From a virus, in IMG/VR virus record IMGVR_UViG_3300027749_000111, positions 2,373-66,372 of that record: 64,000 bases of DNA; one strand, given 5' to 3'. A program made the translations under genes and the position numbers. Positions 1-9,418 of this stretch are shown here, in pieces. Numbering within the stretch: the first letter of the stretch is position 1; the number at the start of each line of letters is the position of its first letter. The notes beneath the pieces are model-generated. The model was not told where the DNA came from. It saw only the letters and a list, made by a program, of their open reading frames with translations, and searched no databases.

Positions 1-269
1 GCGCGGGCTCCGAGCTCAGCTCGAATAGCTTTGAGCTCAGCCCAAGCAGCATCGCACTCATCACAAGCAGCTTCGTACTTAGCCTTAGCAGCTAGGTACT
101 TATCCTCAGCAGCATCGACCTCAGCATAATCAGCATCGAACTTAGCCCAAGTAGCTGAGAACTTAGCATCAGCAGCTTTGTACTCAGCCCAAGCAGCTGA
201 GCACTTAGCATCAGCAGCTTTGAACTTAACCCAAGCAGCATCGAGCCTATCTTTATCTAGTGTATTCAT
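1..269 (-). CDS. Ala-rich heptad-repeat hypothetical protein, runs off the left edge
   Basis: Manual translation from ATG at 269: MNTLDKDRLDAAWVKFKAADAKCSAAWAEYKAADAKFSATWAKF..., open to position 1. Perfect SD AGGAGGTGAT at 280-271. Degenerate 21-nt repeats. Absent from the ORF track because its stop is outside the window. Confidence 0.8.
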   Translation of the reverse strand, partial: MNTLDKDRLDAAWVKFKAADAKCSAAWAEYKAADAKFSATWAKFDADYAEVDAAEDKYLAAKAKYEAACDECDAAWAELKAIRAELGAR

Positions 270-595
270 GATCACCTCCTCTCTCTTGCCCGCTGTCGAA
301 GCAACGGCACAAGGTTCTCTTGCATGTCAAGCACACATTCCCCTACAAGTTCATAATCTTTTTTGTAGTGAAGCGCTCGACCATACCTAAGGCTTAAAAC
401 CGCAAGACCCCCTCGAGCACTTCCAGAAACATTGATCTTTTAAGAGGGGGGGGGCAATCAGCAGAAACTCTATTTCTAGCAAGGAAGGTCGCTTTAAAAA
501 AAACGGCGGGGGCCCTGGGGCACTTTCCAGAACTACTGGGTTTTAACGGTGTATCTGGATTGCAGTAGTATATAGAACTTTATAAAAGGAATACA

Positions 596-1762
596 ATGAA
601 AAATTGGATCCCAGACATGTGGCAGCGTAAGGTTGCACACTCTGATGAATATAAAACATTCTCGGAATTTGCAAAGCACGTCAGAGATCACCATTCTGAA
701 TTCCTCAACGGTGATGCGAAACATGTCCTCAACGGTGCTGAGTACGATCCCGATTCATTTTTCCCAGAAGTCGCAGCTCACATAGACGAGATATACAGAC
801 CAGAGTACATTCAAAATATGATCCGTAGTTATACGAGGCAAATTCACCCGGAAGCTTATAGGGAAAGTCCCCAGGTCACAAACATATCAAATGAAATTTG
901 CGGATGTGGTAATCCTGCTTATGCAACTGGAGCAGATGGCCATCCCATTTGTAAGGAACATTTATTCAAAGAGCTGGGTGGCGCGGGACACTTGGGGGTT
1001 GGCGTCGAACCGTTTGACTCAGACTCAGCTCGTCAAGAGATAGATAGTATCCCATCATTTACAGATGAAGAATGGAAAGACATGAAAATTACGTTTAATG
1101 GCGAACCTCATACTGGCAGTAGAATAAACTGGCAACTTCCAGGAGCTGTTAAATACGCTCATGATGACCTACACCCATGGCCGATGACTGAGCAGGAAGC
1201 AGCGACTCACGTTTTAAGCAGCGGGCACCATGAAGAAATAATAAGAGAAATGATGTCCCAGTCCGGTTTGAGTCGTGAAGAATCAATTCAGGGTATATTA
1301 AAATATATCAAAAGCCCTTTGAGAACCCACACAATGCTTCATAAAAACCAGCCATTTGGCAAGTCTTCTCATGAGCACGATGAAGAACCATTAGAAGTAG
1401 ATGTTCCTGAAACTATTGAAACAATTATACCAACTACTATCGGTGTTGGTGCTAATGCACGTCGTGCTGATAAAACTGACAAACTAAATTCAGGAAAAGA
1501 TCACTGGCAACAAAGATATGCAATGGACGAAGGCGAATTTGGTGAAGCAACGAATCCCGAACAACACATAATGACCATTCCATGCAGAACGTGTAACGTA
1601 GACCAAAACATTTCCGTTAGCCCAGAACAACAACGACAATTACAATTGCCCAGAGCGCAACGCCCCCTCATTCAGGATATCCTTCCTCACCATCCTGTAG
1701 GTGTACGTGAGCTATTCATCTCAGGAACTTGTGATCCTTGTTGGAAAAAAATGTTCAGATAA
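596..1762 (+). CDS. Hypothetical modular protein, putative virion-internal; C-terminal CxxC...CxxC Zn ribbon
   Basis: 388 aa ORF with SD AAGGA. Motifs WQRKVA, AVKYA and WQQRYA. CRTC...CDPC at the C-terminus. Confidence 0.75.
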   Translation: MKNWIPDMWQRKVAHSDEYKTFSEFAKHVRDHHSEFLNGDAKHVLNGAEYDPDSFFPEVAAHIDEIYRPEYIQNMIRSYTRQIHPEAYRESPQVTNISNEICGCGNPAYATGADGHPICKEHLFKELGGAGHLGVGVEPFDSDSARQEIDSIPSFTDEEWKDMKITFNGEPHTGSRINWQLPGAVKYAHDDLHPWPMTEQEAATHVLSSGHHEEIIREMMSQSGLSREESIQGILKYIKSPLRTHTMLHKNQPFGKSSHEHDEEPLEVDVPETIETIIPTTIGVGANARRADKTDKLNSGKDHWQQRYAMDEGEFGEATNPEQHIMTIPCRTCNVDQNISVSPEQQRQLQLPRAQRPLIQDILPHHPVGVRELFISGTCDPCWKKMFR

Positions 1763-1772
1763 AAGGAATACA

Positions 1773-2153
1773 ATGAAAGATTGGAATCTACGTTATGCCA
1801 GTGAAATGGATGAACAAACACTAAATCGTCTTATCCCAACTACTAGCAGTGAAATTAGAATGAATCCATATAGTCGTAGTGTTCAAAAGCATGTACTGCA
1901 CAAACCAGTTGGTAATCTTGATCATATTATTACAGTTGTAGGTAAGTACCCAAAACTTATACACCACCGTGCCTACATGTATGAAAACGAATCCACAGAA
2001 CCAACTGGATGGGGCGAACACGCTACTGAAGCATTATACCAGCACTTTTTGGAAGAACCAATAGTTTTGCCCAATCAAGATGATAGGCACCATCCTGATA
2101 ATCACCAACACATACTTCATAGAGTTAAAAGTTGGATAGCCAAACAAGTATAA
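1773..2153 (+). CDS. Hypothetical protein with WNLRYA leader (paralog A)
   Basis: Start moved to ATG 1773 after AAGGAATACA. MKDWNLRYASEMDEQTLNR... is clearly paralogous to the next gene. Confidence 0.8.
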   Translation: MKDWNLRYASEMDEQTLNRLIPTTSSEIRMNPYSRSVQKHVLHKPVGNLDHIITVVGKYPKLIHHRAYMYENESTEPTGWGEHATEALYQHFLEEPIVLPNQDDRHHPDNHQHILHRVKSWIAKQV

Positions 2154-2202
2154 GCTAGTTTGAAGAAGACGGATCACTTCTACACATTTAAGGAATACAA
2201 TC

Positions 2203-2610
2203 ATGAAAAATTGGAATCTACGTTATGCTGCTGAAATGGACGAACAAACACTAAATCGTATTGTTCCCACTACTAGCAGTGAAATTAAAATGAATCCAGT
2301 TAGCATGTTTAATAATTATAGTGGTCAAAATAATTATAGTGCTCAAATGCATTTATTGAACAGGCCAATTGGTAATCTTGGTCAAATTATGACACTTATA
2401 GGTAATAATTCAAGATTTATACCCAACAATGCCTACATGTTTGAAAACGAATCCACAAGAACTGAATGGGAAAGCCAGGCTAATGAAGCATTACAACAGC
2501 ACTTTGAGGAAGAACCAATAGTTTTTCCCAATCAAGATGATTTGCACCATCCCGACAACCACCGATACGTACTTAATAGAGTTAAAAGTTATGTGGCCAA
2601 TCAAGTATAA
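2203..2610 (+). CDS. Hypothetical protein with WNLRYA leader (paralog B)
   Basis: MKNWNLRYAAEMDEQTLNR...; tandem duplicate. Both genes end in CAAGTATAAGCTAGTTTGA. Confidence 0.8.
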   Translation: MKNWNLRYAAEMDEQTLNRIVPTTSSEIKMNPVSMFNNYSGQNNYSAQMHLLNRPIGNLGQIMTLIGNNSRFIPNNAYMFENESTRTEWESQANEALQQHFEEEPIVFPNQDDLHHPDNHRYVLNRVKSYVANQV

Positions 2611-2720
2611 GCTAGTTTGACCTTGCAAAAAATTCGGGCCAAGTGTCTGGTCTGGCGCGGCACTGTAATTTACACTGTAAAGCACCATAGTATATACAAT
2701 CCAAAAGAAGGAACGCAGTT

Positions 2721-3161
2721 ATGAGCGACTATATCACTAGCAGGCGACAACTCAAAATAGCCAGTGAACTGTTGGAACAACAAATTCTAATGGAAATCAC
2801 AGAGCTAAAGGATATGGCCTCTCGACTGCTGGGCACCGGTGAAAGTCTACCAACCATCTTGCGCCATGACCGTGGCCACGATGATTGGCATCGCAGCATG
2901 GGCCAGGAGCCCTGCACCAGCGAAAGCGATTGCGCCAGCAAGGCACAGGTGCACAAGAGCATGGAACACCGTGCCAGTGCACCGCAGCCCAGCATTAACG
3001 ACACATTAGAAGCTCTTGAAAGAGTAGAATTCAACTATCGCACTCTGTCCAAACAGCTTGCAGCACAAGGCCTGCACACCGAGGCCGCAACGCATGCTGA
3101 GCATGCACAAAGTGCACGAATGGGCCTGGATGCCTTGAAAAGGCTAATAGAACAGCAATGA
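2721..3161 (+). CDS. Hypothetical protein
   Basis: 146 aa, SD AAGGA, N-terminal LKIAS motif, ATGA overlap with the next gene. Confidence 0.7.
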   Translation: MSDYITSRRQLKIASELLEQQILMEITELKDMASRLLGTGESLPTILRHDRGHDDWHRSMGQEPCTSESDCASKAQVHKSMEHRASAPQPSINDTLEALERVEFNYRTLSKQLAAQGLHTEAATHAEHAQSARMGLDALKRLIEQQ

Positions 3162-3532
3162 GTTGGAATGTGCACACTAACAGTTTGAGTGCTCGGTATT
3201 CCAATGGCAGGATCTATGACTTTAATTCGGGTCGCGATATAACACCACTGCCACCAGTGAGCAGAGCGCAAGAGCATCCCGATGAAATCTTTGAAGAGCT
3301 TCCTGATATCAATGCGCTTCTAGATCAGCACAGTGAACTCTTTGACATTCACAATGCTGAACTGCAAAGGCCAAAGCTTGACCAGCAGTTGCGTGATATG
3401 CACGCTATGGCCATGAAGTATCATGCGTATGCCTGGCATGCACTGCGCAACTACCCAGATCATCCAATTAGCATGATGCTCAGTGGAATGGCCAAGGGAC
3501 TGGGCTACAACACAATGATGAAAAATCAATAG
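3158..3532 (+). CDS. Hypothetical protein
   Basis: 124 aa, translationally coupled to the upstream ORF. Confidence 0.7.
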   Translation: MSWNVHTNSLSARYSNGRIYDFNSGRDITPLPPVSRAQEHPDEIFEELPDINALLDQHSELFDIHNAELQRPKLDQQLRDMHAMAMKYHAYAWHALRNYPDHPISMMLSGMAKGLGYNTMMKNQ

Positions 3533-3654
3533 CAAAGGCTTGCAATCATTGTAGATTGTAAAATTTTTTCAAGGCCTGGCTGCATGGGGGCGCGTGGCTC
3601 GCTAACTTATACGCAAATGGCAAGTAAACAAACGCTTTTATTGTAGGAGTATAT

Positions 3655-4014
3655 ATGGAATACTATAATTTTTTAAAGGTTGCTTACAGTGAAGGCAATC
3701 ACAATCACACTCCCGGTCAAAGCTGCATGCACTGCGATACAATCGGTCACTTGATCAGTGAACTCTACATGCGAATTCGTCATCCTGGTGCTGCCACTGG
3801 CAAGAATCCACTGGATAGATTGCGCAGAGCCATTCCAACCACTCGAGCTGACAACAATCTGACTTCAGATAGAAGCATAGGCAATGATTTTACCGGGCCA
3901 ATCAATCTTGATCTTGGTATTATAAGACAGCTGGATGAAAATCGTTTGAGTCTATTGCCTGATGAAACTCCAGAAGAGGAAACCACCTGGATGATTGATG
4001 AGCCCAAAGATTAG
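3655..4014 (+). CDS. Hypothetical protein
   Basis: 119 aa, SD AGGAG, N-terminal FLKVAYS, CxxC. Confidence 0.7.
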   Translation: MEYYNFLKVAYSEGNHNHTPGQSCMHCDTIGHLISELYMRIRHPGAATGKNPLDRLRRAIPTTRADNNLTSDRSIGNDFTGPINLDLGIIRQLDENRLSLLPDETPEEETTWMIDEPKD

Positions 4015-4023
4015 AATGCTATT

Positions 4024-5406
4024 ATGAATAAATTTAATAGCAAGACTCATAAACTATCAGCAGCGGATGACTCTACTGACCCTGTTCTTAAGAGTGTAAT
4101 AGGGCAACCTATTGATAGTATAAGAACTATACACAATGGCAGTAGTATGGGTATTGCTGGCTCAGCAATACATCCTGATACAGTTTCAGACAGAGTTGCT
4201 GGTCATATAGCTAGACTTTACCTTGGTGCAATTGACAATGATCCCAGCAAGGTTAGTCCTATTGCACAAGAGCTTGCTGGTATTAAAATTGAACCGATAA
4301 GAGAAGGCAACAGAGCAACAGAGGACAGCACTATAACAATAGATCCTAGGGCTAGTCGTCTTGTACGATCACGATCATTGCATGAATTTTCTCAAATACC
4401 ATTAGAATACACATCAGAGGAAGAATCTGGAATTGGCGAAGGCCTTTATACCGGCATTAATCTTACAATGGACCATTTTTTTAGAGATCCTGAACTGCCA
4501 ACTCATATTGAAAATGGAAAGACCTTTGCCGCTGGTCACATGGACTACCCAGGCTTTGGCGAAATGATTGTGTGGCCGCACACACAGCTTGGCCAGGTGC
4601 ATAGTTGGGTGCATGATCTATTGCATAGACACATAAGCAGTGGTCAATGCGATGAAGAACACATGCAAAGTTTGATAGCTGGACTTGGTGTTGTCAGCCA
4701 AGCAGCTGAACCCAAAGAAGAACTTGGCAAGGGCGGAAAGGCCCTTGGTTGGGAACCCTTTGATTTCGATTCACCAATACAACAATTAAAATACCCAGTG
4801 CCCCTTCATCATGCAGTTGAACAGGTGCTTGGCAATGTGCGTCGTTCACCTGGTATCAGATTGCGAAAAACTGGCAATCCCGATAGAGATGCGTACTACC
4901 AACATCTTTGGGATAGCATTCCAGATGTTCGCTTTGGCCTTGACCTTTCACCAATGACATTAAACGCTGCCAGCCAAACAAGTCGTAGTCTGTTGTTTGA
5001 CCAACAGCACAAGATGCGAGTGATGGATAGTAGACGTGATGATCACGATCCATTGCTTGCTAACATTGTTGGAGGTGTTTTGTTAAGAAAAAAGAGCATC
5101 ACTGGCCTTGATCTTAGTGCTCTTGCTCCACGAACCGGCATAGCCGCTGGGAATCTTGATTGGGACACAGGTGGAGCTCAGGCAACTATGAAAGCGCTTG
5201 GAATTGCGCAACAAAGAAGGACACAGGGTGCAACCTATCCAGATGCGTTGGCTATTAGTGGTATGGAAAAAGCCACACCTGAGTTTTTAGCTCAGGTCAA
5301 TCTGCTGAGTAATATTGGTCCTGGACAAGATATTTCTGGAATTCAATCGGATATAGATGAACTTAGAAAACGATACCGTGGTAATTATACACCAAAAGGT
5401 AAATAA
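4024..5406 (+). CDS. Hypothetical protein
   Basis: 460 aa ORF in operon; begins MNKFNSKTHKLSAA. Confidence 0.75.
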   Translation: MNKFNSKTHKLSAADDSTDPVLKSVIGQPIDSIRTIHNGSSMGIAGSAIHPDTVSDRVAGHIARLYLGAIDNDPSKVSPIAQELAGIKIEPIREGNRATEDSTITIDPRASRLVRSRSLHEFSQIPLEYTSEEESGIGEGLYTGINLTMDHFFRDPELPTHIENGKTFAAGHMDYPGFGEMIVWPHTQLGQVHSWVHDLLHRHISSGQCDEEHMQSLIAGLGVVSQAAEPKEELGKGGKALGWEPFDFDSPIQQLKYPVPLHHAVEQVLGNVRRSPGIRLRKTGNPDRDAYYQHLWDSIPDVRFGLDLSPMTLNAASQTSRSLLFDQQHKMRVMDSRRDDHDPLLANIVGGVLLRKKSITGLDLSALAPRTGIAAGNLDWDTGGAQATMKALGIAQQRRTQGATYPDALAISGMEKATPEFLAQVNLLSNIGPGQDISGIQSDIDELRKRYRGNYTPKGK

Positions 5407-5431
5407 TAATAAGAATGTAACATTAAAGCAC

Positions 5432-5460
5432 TTGACACAGAAAAAAATCTCCTATATATT
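5432..5460 (+). promoter_or_regulatory. Sigma70/SigA-like promoter
   Basis: TTGACA-N17-TATATT upstream of ORF 5479. Confidence 0.65.
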
Positions 5461-5478
5461 TAATATTTAAGGAATCCA

Positions 5479-5778
5479 ATGAAAAAAGGTTGTTCTTGTT
5501 TGGGTTGTATTGTTAAAAAACACTATCAATCAGTCAAAAAACAAGATTATTCTACACAACAAAATGCATTTAAGGCAAATACTGACCAAAATGCTCTTGT
5601 TTGTTCACTAATTATTAGTGATACCAGTAAAGATGCTGGCGATAATACTGTATTTTCTCAGCAAATTACAATTTTTGAGTGCCATGATCTTGTAAAATTG
5701 CTCCTTGGCTCCTCAGCAACACTAAGTTACAATGAAAATCACGATTTAACACTGAAAGTAAATAAAATACATGAATAA
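5479..5778 (+). CDS. Hypothetical protein
   Basis: 99 aa, SD AAGGA. Confidence 0.6.
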   Translation: MKKGCSCLGCIVKKHYQSVKKQDYSTQQNAFKANTDQNALVCSLIISDTSKDAGDNTVFSQQITIFECHDLVKLLLGSSATLSYNENHDLTLKVNKIHE

Positions 5779-5779
5779 T

Positions 5780-5920
5780 ATGCTTGATTTAACAAAAGCA
5801 CATCTAACAAAGCCAAAATTTCGTTTAAAAGCAAGAAAAAAACGCAATCATGGAGATGATTACCTAAATTTAGAGTATAGAAACACAATTCCACACCCGA
5901 GCAAGCGATCTGATCGTTAA
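5780..5920 (+). CDS. Small basic hypothetical protein (46 aa)
   Basis: Manual ORF MLDLTKAHLTKPKFRLKARKKR... fills the gap exactly between its neighbours. Confidence 0.5.
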   Translation: MLDLTKAHLTKPKFRLKARKKRNHGDDYLNLEYRNTIPHPSKRSDR

Positions 5921-5921
5921 T

Positions 5922-6143
5922 ATGTGGATTTGGAGCTGGGTTCTTGCATTTATAGGTGCTGGTGGAATCTATGTTGTAGGAAAAAAGAAAACATATGGCT
6001 GGTATGTGCTAATGATCAGCGAAATGTTGTGGACCATTTACGCAGTGACAACACATCAGTACGGATTCTTGCTTGCAGTCACACTTTACAGCGCAGCATA
6101 CATAAAATCTTACTTGCGATGGAAAGAAGATGACGATGACTGA
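5922..6143 (+). CDS. Small 3-TM membrane protein (PnuC-like half transporter type)
   Basis: Hydrophobic helices; GW...LW..YA....YGF...Y..W pattern. Confidence 0.6.
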   Translation: MWIWSWVLAFIGAGGIYVVGKKKTYGWYVLMISEMLWTIYAVTTHQYGFLLAVTLYSAAYIKSYLRWKEDDDD

Positions 6144-6864
6144 TCGCATTGTAGGTAAATTAGGTAAGCTAGCACCAAAGAGGCCAGAGGGCTTGCGCAT
6201 GCTTGCTTTCTATCAGAGCAACCCACTGCCAGTTGCTCCTGACAAAGTAAATGTACCAAGCGTTAGTGATTGGGGAATGTTAGCCAATGACAAATATGGT
6301 GATTGTACCTTTGCTGGTATTGTTCACGCTCGCATGGCCAATGCAGCTGCGCTTGAACTTACAGAGACCTTTCCCACTGATGAAGAAGTGGTTGCTGCCT
6401 ATTTGGCATATACCAATGGTCAAGATTGTGGAGCAGTAGAAGCCGAACTTTTAAAGTACTGGCAAAACAATGATCTCTTTGGCAGCAAGCTGGCAGCATT
6501 TGCTCCAACTGATCATGCTGATTTTGATGAATTAAAAAGTGTTATAGCAAGCTATGGATTGATCTATATTGGTGTAAGGCTTCCTGTAACCTTTCAACAA
6601 CAATTTGTTTCAGGTCAACCTTGGGATCTTACTGGGACCCCAGCCGATCAACAGATTGAAGGTGGTCACTGCGTGATACTCGTTGGATACGATGCAGATC
6701 ATGCATATTGCATTACATGGGGACGTGTTCAAGCTGTTACCTGGCAATGGTTGCGCAGTTATATGGAAGAAAGCTGGGCTCTTATAACCCCAGAGATTGT
6801 AACGCATGGTGAGTACGGGAAGATGCGTTTTGCTGAACTAATGACAGACTTGGAGAAATTATAA
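6130..6864 (+). CDS. Papain-like (C1-type) cysteine peptidase
   Basis: NDKYGDCTFAG (catalytic Cys) and GGHCVILVGYD...ITWG (catalytic His region). Confidence 0.8.
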   Translation: MTMTDRIVGKLGKLAPKRPEGLRMLAFYQSNPLPVAPDKVNVPSVSDWGMLANDKYGDCTFAGIVHARMANAAALELTETFPTDEEVVAAYLAYTNGQDCGAVEAELLKYWQNNDLFGSKLAAFAPTDHADFDELKSVIASYGLIYIGVRLPVTFQQQFVSGQPWDLTGTPADQQIEGGHCVILVGYDADHAYCITWGRVQAVTWQWLRSYMEESWALITPEIVTHGEYGKMRFAELMTDLEKL

Positions 6865-7772
6865 TGAGTTTACCAGATCGCAGTGAAGCATGGGAAGAAA
6901 GTTTAGATCCACGCTTGGGCAGTTGGTACAATCCAGCAAGCTGGGGAATTACAAAGGACATTGGCAAAGACTTTAAGGACGTAGCCACTGGAAACTTTGG
7001 CCAACTTGGCAAGGATGTTGGAAAAACTATTAGCGAAGGTGTTAAAGATATAAAAGGAATCAACAAGACTGTTGACAATGCTGCTAAATCAACATGGAAT
7101 TTTGCTAAAGATCACGCAGGAGAAATTGCTTTGGGCGTTGGTATGGGTGCGCTAGCATTGACTGGTGTTGGTTTGATTGCTGATGCTGGTATTGGTGCAG
7201 GGCTTGCCGCTGATGTTGCAGCTACAACAGTGGCCGAAACAGCAGGTGCAGGTGCAGCAGCAGCAGAAACAGCAGGCGCTGCAGCAGCAGCCGACACAGC
7301 AGGTGCAGCAGCAGCCGACACAGCAGCCACAGCAGCAGAAGATACAGCAGCCAGTTCTAGTGGTAGAATACAACTATTAAAAGATAAAATAACAAACAGC
7401 GCTCCTGCGCAAAAAGTTAAAGATATATATGATACCAAAGCTGTGCAAACAGTTAAAAACGTAGCAACAAACCCAGCAGTAGATATTGCTGCAAGCACAG
7501 CGTATACGCAAAATAATATGCCAACCATGCCAGAAATTCCAACTCCACCCGCTCCACCACCCGCTCCAACATCGTATGCAGCTGCCCCAGTTGATACGTC
7601 AAATAGTGCTACGGGACAAGCAGTAACTGGCCCGGCTTACACTGGTACTGGTGCTGCTCTTAACATTTCACAAGGTACAACTGGAGCAAAACAAGACAAG
7701 ATTTTGGATCTTGTAGAACAATTTGGTTTGCATCCAAATGATATTAAAGCTAGTTTAACCAGTTGGCAATAA
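6864..7772 (+). CDS. Ala/Thr/Pro-rich protein with hydrophobic Gly-rich helix
   Basis: 302 aa; IALGVGMGALALTGVGLI segment followed by AAAA(E/D)TAG repeats. Confidence 0.7.
   Translation: MSLPDRSEAWEESLDPRLGSWYNPASWGITKDIGKDFKDVATGNFGQLGKDVGKTISEGVKDIKGINKTVDNAAKSTWNFAKDHAGEIALGVGMGALALTGVGLIADAGIGAGLAADVAATTVAETAGAGAAAAETAGAAAAADTAGAAAADTAATAAEDTAASSSGRIQLLKDKITNSAPAQKVKDIYDTKAVQTVKNVATNPAVDIAASTAYTQNNMPTMPEIPTPPAPPPAPTSYAAAPVDTSNSATGQAVTGPAYTGTGAALNISQGTTGAKQDKILDLVEQFGLHPNDIKASLTSWQ
7230..7355 (+). repeat. Degenerate coding tandem repeat (AAAA[E/D]TAG)
   Basis: Repeated GCAGCAGCAG...ACAGCAGG units. Confidence 0.7.
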
Positions 7773-7801
7773 CTAAAAGTGTTCGTAGAACGCTCTAGTA
7801 A

Positions 7802-8710
7802 ATGATGAAACGCACAGCTGATACACCAAATGGAAATCATGGGATGGATGCCGACCTTGATACCATTGAAGAAGAAAACACGTTTGGCATACCAGGAACT
7901 AGTCGCATACCATCAAAACAATTGTTAGCTAGTATACGTAGACTTGCTGACATGGGCAATCAAGATGAAAACGCAACAGAAATAACAGCACCAACTGGAA
8001 CTGGTAAGATCGATTTAAAAAAAGAACCACCTGCTGTTAAAAATGAAGGGCTTGCTAGTGTTAGTCCAGGTTCATTATCAACACTGATTGGAGCAAGTAA
8101 AATGAGTTTACAACAAAGAATAGCATATATAATGGAAAATGGTCAACCATTTTGCAATCACTGCGAAAGCCACTACTTTCCTAAGTCTTTGGGCATTACT
8201 GCATGTACCGATTGTGGTTGCAAACGCCCTAATGTTGATCATGGCAGTCAAGATGGTAACTTTTCTCGTGTAGAAGGCGGAACAGTTGCTGATGAAGTTG
8301 GTGGAAAAGAAATTATCAAAGTGCAATCTGTTAGATTGGCAAGCACCGATGACTATGTTAAATTGTTTAACAGCAAGATCGCTACTGACAGCGATAACTA
8401 CAATCGTGGCTACAATGATGCTATGAATGGTCAGGAACTGGATGAGGACCTTGCTCTGCTCAGTGATGACTATTACAATGGCTATGAACAATATAAGTTT
8501 TTTAATAAAACGCCACAACAGAGTGTAAGACAAAATTTGTACGATATCAAGCCAAATAGCAATGGTATTCCACGCAGTTATGATCATCACCTAACTCCTG
8601 GTGAATTTGATCGTGGACCCATTCAATTGACAGATGGTCAAGGACGGGCTGCTGTAGCAAACAAATTGCCATTTCCAATTGACGTAATAGAAAAGTTCTT
8701 TGAGGTATAA
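7802..8710 (+). CDS. Hypothetical protein with Zn ribbon and YxxGY repeats
   Basis: CNHC...CTDC; YNRGY and YYNGY; several [K/R]xA motifs. Confidence 0.75.
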   Translation: MMKRTADTPNGNHGMDADLDTIEEENTFGIPGTSRIPSKQLLASIRRLADMGNQDENATEITAPTGTGKIDLKKEPPAVKNEGLASVSPGSLSTLIGASKMSLQQRIAYIMENGQPFCNHCESHYFPKSLGITACTDCGCKRPNVDHGSQDGNFSRVEGGTVADEVGGKEIIKVQSVRLASTDDYVKLFNSKIATDSDNYNRGYNDAMNGQELDEDLALLSDDYYNGYEQYKFFNKTPQQSVRQNLYDIKPNSNGIPRSYDHHLTPGEFDRGPIQLTDGQGRAAVANKLPFPIDVIEKFFEV

Positions 8711-8714
8711 TACA

Positions 8715-9383
8715 ATGAATAATTGCCCAGTTTGTGATAGCGGTCGTTTGCTTACTAAAATTGGTAGTGCTGGTGAAGAAACCTTTTGTTTAAACTGTCG
8801 ACGCATTGTTGTTAGTGCTTCACTGGGCTTTGTATTTACAGCTGCTGGCGATGATGGTGTCAAAGAGTGCAGTGGACCATCAGAAGACCCAAGGCCAGGA
8901 TTCAAGGGCCCAGGGCCAAAGTCCAAGTGCCATTTGTATGAACCAGGCAATGAAGAGACCAAAAAAAGAGCTTATGAAAAGGCTAAGAATGCTGCTTGGG
9001 TCTCACAACACAAGAAAAAAGCATCTACCATTGTAAATGCCACAATATTTAGCCTTGATCCTGCTGGTTCCAACCTTGTAGGGATTGATACTGCTACAGA
9101 AGCAAAGGCCGCTCCTGTCACATTGCGCAGCGTTGGAAGCAACCCAGTTGATACCGCTAGAAAGGGATTGCCACGTGCCGATAGCCCCGTTGCTGTAACA
9201 GCACCAAGTGGCATACAAAACTCAGGGCTTAGTGGCACAAGCCAGCTTGCTAGCAAAAGATTAGCAACATTAATACAAGAAGATATGACTAGAAACAATA
9301 AAGATATTTCACCAATTATGGGAAAACCAATGTGTACAAGTTGTGGAACAATACATGAAGGTGAATGTAAAACAGATCGTTAG
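8715..9383 (+). CDS. Hypothetical Cys-rich protein
   Basis: ATG 8715 in the frame of the track ORF; CPVC...CLNC and CTSC. Confidence 0.7.
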   Translation: MNNCPVCDSGRLLTKIGSAGEETFCLNCRRIVVSASLGFVFTAAGDDGVKECSGPSEDPRPGFKGPGPKSKCHLYEPGNEETKKRAYEKAKNAAWVSQHKKKASTIVNATIFSLDPAGSNLVGIDTATEAKAAPVTLRSVGSNPVDTARKGLPRADSPVAVTAPSGIQNSGLSGTSQLASKRLATLIQEDMTRNNKDISPIMGKPMCTSCGTIHEGECKTDR

Positions 9384-9418
9384 TTGTATTAGTAACTAGG
9401 AAATAGAAAGATTTCATT

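Noticed and set aside
178-390. + strand 70-aa ORF in the track
   Set aside because: Antisense shadow of the real minus-strand repeat gene starting at 269, which has a perfect SD.
1773-2610. Diversity-generating retroelement TR/VR pair
   Set aside because: Differences between the copies are not confined to adenines and include indels, both copies are full genes, and there is no reverse transcriptase in the window.
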